DNA from: a virus
Length of the DNA: 64,000 nt
Virus record (IMG/VR): IMGVR_UViG_3300044712_000815
Coordinates: 64,001 to 128,000 of that record
Strand: one strand, 5' to 3'
Below are positions 22,264 through 31,035 of the stretch, piece by piece. The notes below the pieces were generated by a model. The model did not search any database. It was not told the origin of the DNA and was given only the letters and a program-made list of their open reading frames with translations. The number at the start of each line of letters is the position of its first letter. Position 1 is the stretch's first letter. The position numbers and the translations under genes were made by a program.

Positions 22264-22368
22264 ATTAAACATATATATAAAAAATATTAAATGAAAATAT
22301 TAATTAATATATAATGTATGGTTTTTAACTTTTAAAAATTAATATATACAAAAAATAACAAATTTATC

Positions 22369-22848
22369 GTGCCAAATATAATTAGAATTAGAGATTTAAT
22401 AAATGAAACAGATTTAAATGGGGTTATTATACCAATTGATAAAACTGGTTATACTTATAATGCACAACAAATTGGTATTCTAGATTTAAAAGATTTTATT
22501 TTATCTGGATTTACTGGTGGAACATCTGGTGGTGGTGGTACTAGTGGAACTTCTGGTGTTGATGGATTGGATGGTGAAGATGGAACTACACCATGTATAT
22601 CAGTTAATTCGAATATTATAACAATTGTTATGTTAACGACGACAACAACGACAACAACACTAGCACCAACGACGACTACGACAACGACATATATTGGACC
22701 AGCAACGACGACTACGACAACGACATATATTGGACCAGCGACAACGACAACAACAACAACTGTTGCTATAACAACGACGACAACAACTCAGTATCCGTAT
22801 GGATTTTCAGATAATTTTGAACCAATTGGATTAAATAACTTATTATAA
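22369..22848 (+). CDS. Thr-rich mucin-like, probably virion-associated protein
   Basis: GTSG repeats, poly-Thr tracts, C-terminal FEPIGLNNLL; TTAATATATA motif upstream. Confidence 0.75.
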   Translation: MPNIIRIRDLINETDLNGVIIPIDKTGYTYNAQQIGILDLKDFILSGFTGGTSGGGGTSGTSGVDGLDGEDGTTPCISVNSNIITIVMLTTTTTTTTLAPTTTTTTTYIGPATTTTTTTYIGPATTTTTTTVAITTTTTTQYPYGFSDNFEPIGLNNLL

Positions 22849-22863
22849 AAATAGAAAAATATT

Positions 22864-23259
22864 ATGGCAGTAAAAATTACAATTACAAATGCGGGTGGAA
22901 ATATAAGCGATTTTTTAGATATTTATACAAATGAAACGGGATCGTTTCAATTATTACCTGAATTAGCAAATATTCCGAAATCTAGCTTATTGGTAGGATA
23001 TACTTTTACACCACCTGTTGGAACAACAGGTTACCGTGTTATAGATCAATTTTGTTATTCTGTACTTGAACTTTATTGTGCAACGACTACTACAACGACA
23101 ACAACTATTGCACCTGCTACTACAACGACAACAACTATTGCACCTGCTACTACAACGACAACAACTATTGCACCTGCTACTACAACGACAACATCAACTT
23201 ATCCATATTATCCGTTGAATGAAAGTTTTGAACCAATTGGATTAAATAACTTATTATAA
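22864..23259 (+). CDS. Thr-rich mucin-like protein
   Basis: TTTTTTIAPA x3 (30-nt repeats); identical C-terminal FEPIGLNNLL. Confidence 0.8.
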   Translation: MAVKITITNAGGNISDFLDIYTNETGSFQLLPELANIPKSSLLVGYTFTPPVGTTGYRVIDQFCYSVLELYCATTTTTTTTIAPATTTTTTIAPATTTTTTIAPATTTTTSTYPYYPLNESFEPIGLNNLL

Positions 23260-23260
23260 C

Positions 23261-23286
23261 AAAAGCCCATTTTTAAGTGGGCTTTA
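23261..23286 (+). terminator. Rho-independent terminator
   Basis: aaaagccca...tgggctttt hairpin. Confidence 0.75.
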
Positions 23287-23377
23287 TTATTTATAATATA
23301 TAAATTTTATCAACAAATAAAATAAAAAAGAATATATTATACATAATGTATATTATGTTAAAAAATAATTAAAATTT

Positions 23378-24013
23378 ATGTTAAATCCAAAAATTAGTGT
23401 AATAATGGCATCATTTTTATTACCATATCCAAATTCAGCAACCAATCGAGATAAAAAATTTGTTCGTGCAGTAAATAGTTTTAAAAAACAATCTTATTCA
23501 AATAAAGAATTAATTATTGTTTCTGATGGTTGTCCATTAACAGTTGAATTGTATAATAAATTTTTCATCAATGATTCAAATATTAAATTGATAAAAATAC
23601 CCAAACAAGAATTATATTCTGGTGGTATGAGAAATGCTGCACTTGAAATAGCTGATGGAGATATTATTAGCTATTTAGATACAGATGATGTTCTTGGTGC
23701 AAATCATTTACAGTTAATTGTTGATGAATTTGATTTGGATAAATATGATTTTGTATATTATGATGATTTGTTGGTTCTCGATAGCACATTTAAGAAATTT
23801 TATCATAGAATAGTTGAACCTCGTTGGGCTAGTATCGGAACAAGTTCAATAAGTCATAAAAATATGAAAGATATGAAGAAATTGTGGTCAACTGGCTATG
23901 GTCACGACTGGTTAACTATGTTTAAATTGGTGAGTATGGGTCTGAAATACAAAAAATTGAATAAAATTTCTGAATATTTGGTTTGTCATTATGGAAATGG
24001 TGGGGATTTTTGA
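23378..24013 (+). CDS. GT2-family glycosyltransferase
   Basis: ISVIMAS, ELIIVSDG, RNAAL..ADGDIISYLDTDD. Confidence 0.9.
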   Translation: MLNPKISVIMASFLLPYPNSATNRDKKFVRAVNSFKKQSYSNKELIIVSDGCPLTVELYNKFFINDSNIKLIKIPKQELYSGGMRNAALEIADGDIISYLDTDDVLGANHLQLIVDEFDLDKYDFVYYDDLLVLDSTFKKFYHRIVEPRWASIGTSSISHKNMKDMKKLWSTGYGHDWLTMFKLVSMGLKYKKLNKISEYLVCHYGNGGDF

Positions 24014-24228
24014 TTCATTTTTTTAAATAATTTATTAATTTTCGAAACAGGTGAAAATCATTATATATTAGATTGTGATTATGTTTTTAATGATAAGTTA
24101 AAGAATATAAATTTTTTATTGAATAAAATAAATCATAATTTAAAAAATAGTGAAGAAATAATAAATGAACTTAAGATATTAAGACTACGAGAAGAACGAA
24201 AACTAAAACTAAAAAAGATAAAAGAGAT

Positions 24229-24780
24229 ATGTTAAACACGTTAAAAAAATTAGCTTATATATCATTAAAAGAAACTGAAAACTTAGATGATGTTAATATT
24301 ATTTATGTTGAACATAATGGTGGTGTTTTTACAAAAAAAATGCGATGTGATTTTTTTGAAATTGATAATTTAAATACATTACCTGATGCTGTTGAACAAT
24401 TATTTATTGATAAAATTATATCAATGGTTAAACCAATTTATGTTAATTTAAAAGAAACTAAAGCAGCAATTAATACATATTTTGATGCAATAAAACCAAT
24501 AAACGATAAACATAAAAATACCGACAGATTTATCATTTTTTCCAATGATATAAATAAAGAATTTATAAATGAAACATTTGAATATCCGGTACATATACTT
24601 GCATCAGAATATTTAGATGATAATTTGGTTATATTCGGATACAAAACAAAAGTAGATCAACCTGGAATAGTATTAGTTACTAATAAAGAAGGAATAAAAC
24701 ATAAGAATAAAATACGATTAACTGTAAATGATATTGGTTATCATTCCAATAAAGCGTATTATGTTTTAAAAATAAAATAA
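24229..24780 (+). CDS. Truncated paralog of the MCP C-terminal region
   Basis: DDNLVIFGYKTKVDQPGIVLV...VNDIGY aligns with MCP DDNRIFLGRKNSVEQPGLVFV...VADIGF. Confidence 0.7.
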   Translation: MLNTLKKLAYISLKETENLDDVNIIYVEHNGGVFTKKMRCDFFEIDNLNTLPDAVEQLFIDKIISMVKPIYVNLKETKAAINTYFDAIKPINDKHKNTDRFIIFSNDINKEFINETFEYPVHILASEYLDDNLVIFGYKTKVDQPGIVLVTNKEGIKHKNKIRLTVNDIGYHSNKAYYVLKIK

Positions 24781-24783
24781 TAT

Positions 24784-25554
24784 ATGAAAAAAGAATTTTA
24801 CGTACATAGTACCGATGATTTGGTAAATTTGGAAAATGATGCTGATATTTTAAAAACAAATTGGGTAAAAAGATTTGATGTTAAATACCCCGAATCGGTA
24901 ATATATCATGAAATATATAATAGGGAAGATTACTTTCAAGGTGATTGTATTATAAACCCTGGTGATATTGTAATTGATTGTGGTGGAAATGTAGGAATAT
25001 TTTCAGCATTGGCAATTGATATGGGTGCTTCACGTGTGCTATCATTTGAACCATTTCCAAATAATTTTGAATTAAATAAAAAGAACAATCCAAATGTCGA
25101 AGTTTTTAATTTTGCGGTATCCAACAAAAGTGGTGAAATTATCGAATTATTATATACACATACAGGCAATGGTGGGCATACTATAATGGAATCGGAAATC
25201 ATAAGAACACCAAATCATTTTCAACATAAAAATATTTTTGTAAAAACTATAACATTAGATGATATTATATCAGAAAATTTTATTGATCATGTTGATTTTT
25301 TAAAAATTGATACAGAAGGTGCAGAATTAAAAATTTTAGAAGGTTTGTCTGATAATAATTTAGATAAAATTAAAAGTATATCATTAGAATACCACCATAG
25401 TGTATTTAATTATGATGATAATATTTATAATAAATTTCAAGAAAGATTTATTAAACGTGGATTTAATGTATTTACTTGGATATTGGATAAATATACTAGG
25501 ATGGTTTATATAAATAAAGGTGATGTTTTCACATTAAATAAAAAACACATATAG
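24784..25554 (+). CDS. FkbM-family SAM methyltransferase
   Basis: VIDCGGNVG, SFEP, FLKIDTEGAE, LEYH. Confidence 0.9.
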   Translation: MKKEFYVHSTDDLVNLENDADILKTNWVKRFDVKYPESVIYHEIYNREDYFQGDCIINPGDIVIDCGGNVGIFSALAIDMGASRVLSFEPFPNNFELNKKNNPNVEVFNFAVSNKSGEIIELLYTHTGNGGHTIMESEIIRTPNHFQHKNIFVKTITLDDIISENFIDHVDFLKIDTEGAELKILEGLSDNNLDKIKSISLEYHHSVFNYDDNIYNKFQERFIKRGFNVFTWILDKYTRMVYINKGDVFTLNKKHI

Positions 25555-25614
25555 ATTAGAAAACTTTTTATTTTTTTTTTCTTATAAAAATTATATTAAC
25601 GGAAAAAATATAAT

Positions 25615-25851
25615 ATGAAAACTATTGAAATTTACGAAAAAACCGAAACATCCAAATTACAAGAAATGTTAAAAACCTATGAACAATGTTTGGAAGAATC
25701 AGAATTAAAATTAGCTAGTATAAAATGTGGTATGAGTCTTTTTTTGTCTAATGAACGTGAAGAATTAAATAAAAAAATAATAGATTATGAAATAGATGTT
25801 AGTCTAATTCGAATGGAATTGAATAAAAGACTGTGGAAAGAAAAAGAATGA
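25615..25851 (+). CDS. Hypothetical coiled-coil protein
   Basis: 78-aa ORF. Confidence 0.55.
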   Translation: MKTIEIYEKTETSKLQEMLKTYEQCLEESELKLASIKCGMSLFLSNEREELNKKIIDYEIDVSLIRMELNKRLWKEKE

Positions 25852-25907
25852 TAAATTATCATTCTTTTTTTATTTTATGGTGTTGTATTTTTTATATATA
25901 CGATATT

Positions 25908-27194
25908 ATGATATTTGATAATATTTGGTTTATAAACAAAGCAACGGAAATACACGGGAATAAATACGATTATTCCTTAGTTAATTATGTTAATTTACGA
26001 ACTAAAGTTAAAATAATTTGTCCTATTCATGGTGAATTTGAACAGACACCAGATAAACATTTTCGTAAACGGGGATGTCAAAAATGTGGTGGATCAAAAA
26101 AATTAACAACAGATGAATTTATAATAAAAGCTAAAAATATACATAATGATAAGTATGATTATTCTTTAGTTAATTATAATGATTCACACAATAAAGTTAA
26201 AATAATTTGTCCTATTCATGGTGAATTTGAACAATTATCATATGTTCATCTAAACGGAAATGGTTGTCCAAAATGTGGTTATGATAGAAATAATTTTGTT
26301 GAAAATGCTAAAAAAATATATGGAAATAAATTTGATTATTCCTTAGTTGATTATAAAAACACATACACGAAAGTAAAAATTATTTGTCCAATTCACGGTG
26401 AACTTGAACAATTCCCCCAATCACATTTAGATTATGGTTGTGTTTTGTGTAATAGAAAAAATGAATTTATACAAAATGCTAAATTAATACACAACGACAA
26501 ATATGATTATTCTTTAGTTGAATATTTTGATGAATATACTAACGTTAAAATAATTTGTCCAACCCATGGGGGATTTGATCAATTACCGAAATATCATATT
26601 CGAGGTAATGGTTGTAAAAAATGTTCAGATGATGTTAAACGATTAGATACTAATGAATTTATTATGAGAGCTAAAAAAATTCATGGTGATAAATATGATT
26701 ATTCGTTAGTATATTATGTTGGTGCATTTGATAAGGTTAAGATTATTTGTCCTATACATGGTGAATTTGAACAAAGAGCGTGTGAACATATAAACAATGA
26801 TCGTGGATGTCCATTTTGTAAAGAAAGTTTAGGTGAACGAGAAATTGCTAAATTTTTAACCGATTCTAATATTTTATATGTTCGACAAAAAAAGTTTAAA
26901 GATTGTATAAATATATTAGTATTACCATTTGATTTTTATTTACCTAAATATAATATATGTGTTGAATTTGATGGAATACAACATTATATCCCAATAAAGT
27001 ATTTTGGTGGGATTAAAAAATTGATATATACACAAAATAATGATAAAATTAAAACTGATTTTTGTATAAAAAATAATATTCAATTAATTAGAATTAAATA
27101 TGATGATGATATTTTACAAAAACTTGAAAATGAATTATCTAATATTAAAAATAAAAATATAATATATGGCAACACCACTTTTTCGGTCGTTTAA
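25908..27194 (+). CDS. Putative homing endonuclease: five Zn-binding repeats (DUF723-like) plus a PD-(D/E)xK/Vsr-like domain
   Basis: HGxKYDYSLVxY...KVKIICPIHGEFEQ...GCxxC x5; PFDFYLPKYNICVEFDGIQH; ATG 25908 follows a TATATA motif. Confidence 0.8.
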   Translation: MIFDNIWFINKATEIHGNKYDYSLVNYVNLRTKVKIICPIHGEFEQTPDKHFRKRGCQKCGGSKKLTTDEFIIKAKNIHNDKYDYSLVNYNDSHNKVKIICPIHGEFEQLSYVHLNGNGCPKCGYDRNNFVENAKKIYGNKFDYSLVDYKNTYTKVKIICPIHGELEQFPQSHLDYGCVLCNRKNEFIQNAKLIHNDKYDYSLVEYFDEYTNVKIICPTHGGFDQLPKYHIRGNGCKKCSDDVKRLDTNEFIMRAKKIHGDKYDYSLVYYVGAFDKVKIICPIHGEFEQRACEHINNDRGCPFCKESLGEREIAKFLTDSNILYVRQKKFKDCINILVLPFDFYLPKYNICVEFDGIQHYIPIKYFGGIKKLIYTQNNDKIKTDFCIKNNIQLIRIKYDDDILQKLENELSNIKNKNIIYGNTTFSVV

Positions 27195-29865
27195 AAATAG
27201 GGGGACCTCATTTTTTGCGTTTCCGAGTGCAGCTAGTGATTTAAATTTATCAAACTATAATGATATGTATAGTTTGAATTTCACTAAATTTGCATTATTA
27301 AATATTCCAAGACAAGTTGATGGATCACCAAATCCAATAGATGGGATTATGGATTTTTTACCAAAAAGTAATGAAGATGGTGTAGCACCATTTTATACTG
27401 ATGATCCAAATTATACAACACCAGTAAAATTGTCGGATCAATTAGTAGAATCATTAAGAAATTATGTTGCTAATTATGATACTTCTATACATGAAAGTAG
27501 ATTAACATCTAATTCAGATTTTTATAATATAAGTGAAAGATATACACCAACTGAACCAATTTTTTGGAAATGGTGTAGAAAATTAAACTTAATTGATTTT
27601 GAACCTGCTGTTCATAGGGTTGATTGGGAAAAAAATATGTCAGATTTTGATAATCCAAATGCATCAACTATAACAAATGTCGATTATTTTAGGAAATATT
27701 TATGGAAAGAAAGAGAAGTAATAGATTATCAAACAACATGGTTCGAAGAAAGTAATGATTATACGTATAATAGTGAAAGAACCCCATTATTTATAATAAA
27801 TGAAATTGCTAAATTTAAAAAAGGTGATGAAGTTATATTAAAAAGTAATACCGCTAATGATCAATCAAAATTGTCTAATGGTACAGAAATTGTAACATTT
27901 GGCGATATTTATACTATTGGAAAGATTGAATTTACAGGTAATACTACAAAAATTTGGTTAGATGTTAAATTTAATAGTGGTGGTGAAAATGATTTAAGCA
28001 CAACATATGTTTATTTAAATTATAATAGATTAATTCAATATGTTGGTGAAATTAATCAAATAACAAATATACAAACAGCAACTAGGGTTGGTCAAGAAGT
28101 AACAGCATATATACCACATCAAGGTGGTAGAACACCAACAGTTCTTTTTGGAATTAGAGACAACAATAATTATAAACCAAACTTAGAAATTCCTATTCTT
28201 GCTGATGAAATACAAACAGAAATTGTTGGTGCAGAAAGTTTAAATTCCCCAATAAGAACAAATCCACAAGATTATCCAGGATCATTTTATGGACAATTTG
28301 ATACTGCAAATAATACATATTTATGTTCAAATGGTGACCGTATGAGATATCAGGGTGATTATTATGGTGTAACATTAACAGATAATACGGGATTAAATGC
28401 TGAAGATTATATTGAAAAATTAACAGATTTTAATTCTGATAATATAGATGGTGTTTTTCTCGATGTGGATAAGAATCATTATTATAAAATGAAAATTCCT
28501 AATTTAAAATGTGATAATTTTGATGAATTTAGTTCAATTTCAATTAATGGAAAAGCACCAGATGATTTTGATTTTAATGCAATTTTGTGGTATTATGAAT
28601 TAGTTGAAAGAGATCAAAATAATAATTATCATTCGTATGTAAATCTATATGGTATCGAATTTTTAAATAATCCAGAAAATGATGATGACAATTATGGTAC
28701 ATTAATTACACCTTATCATAAATTAGTTACTAATGGTGAACATGACGGATTATCATATATGTTTAATTTAAATCTACATTATAATATTGATAATGATGTT
28801 CAACCAATGACATATGATCCTAGTACAATTTATAATATGTTTGGATTCGAAATGTATAATGAAATGATGAGAAGATTTTATCAGGTAAATGAAAATTTTG
28901 TTAATATCATATCGGAATTTGTTCGAATAAATATGGAAGTTCAGGAAATGAAAAGTTTAATTTATTCACAAACTAGTATGGATGATTTGAAATCTAGAAT
29001 GAAAAATATGGAAGAACTTTTAAAATTATATGCTACCAATCAATTTGTTGATTCTGATACCGCAAAAATTTCGGTTGATTATTCTGGTATTTATCCAAAA
29101 TTAAAAATGAATGTTGTGTCTGTTGAATATGATGAAATCAAAAATATAAGTTTAACTGATACATATAATTATAATTTTGCAAACACAGGATCATCATATC
29201 CAATTGCGATGTCATTTACAAGTAATATGTTACTGAACCTAATAAATGATAATTCTTTTAATCCAAGTGGCAATACTATTGTTATGTTGGATAGAGATCT
29301 TAAAAATAAGCAAAAATTAGATATAATAATTAAACCGGAATATGCACAATATGCACAAAGATTATATCTTAATATGATGTTTAAACAAAATAGTATATTA
29401 ACTGAAATAAATATTTTTGATGTAATATTACCAAAAGATTTAATATCATATAATATTGTAACACCTGAATTATCCACGTTTAATGATAGTTTCTATTTAA
29501 ATGAAAACATTTATGTTAATTGTACTGATGTTAGAACAGGATACACTTCATGTTCTACTGGTTATACTGAAATAATTTTAACTGAAGATTTATTCAGAAC
29601 GGGAAATACAATTTATGTACAAAATTTATATTTTAAAGCAACAGATGGAAGTATAATAGATTATAGTGGTGCGTATAATGTGGTAAGTAAAATTGGTATT
29701 ACATTAGCGATTAATTTACCAATTAGTGAAATTTGCGGTTATCAATTGGTTGGACAACCAAGGGTCAGTTTTTATCGAGGATTACAAATATCATTAATGA
29801 GAATAAGTGATGATGATTCGACAACATTTGCGCAACGTTATAATGTAACATATAAAATAATTTAA
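27166..29865 (+). CDS. Large putative virion structural protein
   Basis: 899 aa, near baseplate genes; no enzymatic motif recognised. Confidence 0.55.
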   Translation: MATPLFRSFKNRGTSFFAFPSAASDLNLSNYNDMYSLNFTKFALLNIPRQVDGSPNPIDGIMDFLPKSNEDGVAPFYTDDPNYTTPVKLSDQLVESLRNYVANYDTSIHESRLTSNSDFYNISERYTPTEPIFWKWCRKLNLIDFEPAVHRVDWEKNMSDFDNPNASTITNVDYFRKYLWKEREVIDYQTTWFEESNDYTYNSERTPLFIINEIAKFKKGDEVILKSNTANDQSKLSNGTEIVTFGDIYTIGKIEFTGNTTKIWLDVKFNSGGENDLSTTYVYLNYNRLIQYVGEINQITNIQTATRVGQEVTAYIPHQGGRTPTVLFGIRDNNNYKPNLEIPILADEIQTEIVGAESLNSPIRTNPQDYPGSFYGQFDTANNTYLCSNGDRMRYQGDYYGVTLTDNTGLNAEDYIEKLTDFNSDNIDGVFLDVDKNHYYKMKIPNLKCDNFDEFSSISINGKAPDDFDFNAILWYYELVERDQNNNYHSYVNLYGIEFLNNPENDDDNYGTLITPYHKLVTNGEHDGLSYMFNLNLHYNIDNDVQPMTYDPSTIYNMFGFEMYNEMMRRFYQVNENFVNIISEFVRINMEVQEMKSLIYSQTSMDDLKSRMKNMEELLKLYATNQFVDSDTAKISVDYSGIYPKLKMNVVSVEYDEIKNISLTDTYNYNFANTGSSYPIAMSFTSNMLLNLINDNSFNPSGNTIVMLDRDLKNKQKLDIIIKPEYAQYAQRLYLNMMFKQNSILTEINIFDVILPKDLISYNIVTPELSTFNDSFYLNENIYVNCTDVRTGYTSCSTGYTEIILTEDLFRTGNTIYVQNLYFKATDGSIIDYSGAYNVVSKIGITLAINLPISEICGYQLVGQPRVSFYRGLQISLMRISDDDSTTFAQRYNVTYKII

Positions 29866-29866
29866 A

Positions 29867-30520
29867 TTGATGGATATATTAGTTGGTGATTTAGTAAATA
29901 AAATTAAAACTGTTTTTGATTCAACAAAGGTTCTTTCAGTTGAAAGTACTAATGAAAAAATAAATTCAGATGAATTAAGATTGGTAATATCTATGAATAA
30001 AATATTATATGATGATGTAAATATTATTTATACTAAAATACTATTTGTGATAGATAACAATAAAACAAAACTAACAAAAAATTATTTTTCATATTTATAT
30101 GACATTAATTGTGAATATATTAGAATAGATTTTAATGATTTGGATGATTTTTCAACAAAAATAACTAATATATTTAAAGAAAATAAATTTGGTGAAGATA
30201 TTAAAATTTTATCAAAGTTAATTAAATCACCATCAACATTAATTAATACTTGGTTTAAAGAAAATAAAATTACCGATTTGTCTGTAACTAATTTTGAAGT
30301 GGAAAAAATTCCAATTATGCCTTGTGATTTAATGGAATTTAAATTTATTATTGATTTAAATAATAATCAAAATGGAAAATTGAATATATCAAAAAAAGGA
30401 AAAAATAAATATGTATTTAAATTTGAATTTTTAGATAATATATATGAAGATGAAGAAAGTAATTTGAATCATTTAGTTGAAACGATAGGAAACAATTTAA
30501 AAAATAAACTTAAAATGTAA
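29867..30520 (+). CDS. Hypothetical protein
   Basis: 217-aa ORF in the structural operon. Confidence 0.65.
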   Translation: MMDILVGDLVNKIKTVFDSTKVLSVESTNEKINSDELRLVISMNKILYDDVNIIYTKILFVIDNNKTKLTKNYFSYLYDINCEYIRIDFNDLDDFSTKITNIFKENKFGEDIKILSKLIKSPSTLINTWFKENKITDLSVTNFEVEKIPIMPCDLMEFKFIIDLNNNQNGKLNISKKGKNKYVFKFEFLDNIYEDEESNLNHLVETIGNNLKNKLKM

Positions 30521-30521
30521 A

Positions 30522-31016
30522 ATGATTAAGCTTTTTGATAATTTTATACAAACTCAATTATTTTTTCATTCTAGTGAAACTAAGTTTGATAAATTTAATT
30601 TTTCATATGTTAATGGTGTTGGATTAAAATATGGATATGGTATTTATTTTTCAAAAGATCGTAATCATGCAAAAATTTATCATTCTAATTTTTTATATAC
30701 ATGCAAATTAAATACTAATAATTTTGTTGATTGGTCGGATTATATTTCTGATAATACATTAAAAAAAATAAAGCCGATTTTAAAAAAATTAGACATTAAA
30801 TTAAATAAATATGATAAGTGTTTTTCAACAATATATTTAAAAATAAAAAATAGAATATTGGACTTAAGATATCCTAATGATATTTATGATAATAATGCAG
30901 CTAAAGATACAACACAATTATTATTGAATGTTGGTATTAATGGAACATATTTCGAAAATGAATATTGTGTATTTGATCCAAATGATATTTTAATATTAAA
31001 AATTGAAAAAATTTAA
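30522..31016 (+). CDS. ADP-ribosyltransferase-like domain protein with a targeting-like N-terminus
   Basis: MIKLFDNF; FFHSS..FDKF, YGYGIYFS...AKIY, GINGT..NEYCVFDP (H-Y-E-like pattern). Confidence 0.6.
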   Translation: MIKLFDNFIQTQLFFHSSETKFDKFNFSYVNGVGLKYGYGIYFSKDRNHAKIYHSNFLYTCKLNTNNFVDWSDYISDNTLKKIKPILKKLDIKLNKYDKCFSTIYLKIKNRILDLRYPNDIYDNNAAKDTTQLLLNVGINGTYFENEYCVFDPNDILILKIEKI

Positions 31017-31035
31017 AAAATAAATTTAAAATGTA

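Noticed and set aside
22815-23259. Diversity-generating retroelement template/variable repeat pair
   Set aside because: The 34-nt copies are identical with no adenine-specific mismatches, and there is no reverse transcriptase in the window
7282-25554. Cellular capsule/LPS locus or eukaryotic giant-virus origin
   Set aside because: No flippase, polymerase or nucleotide-sugar genes are present, and the island is embedded among T4-like head, baseplate and terminase genes
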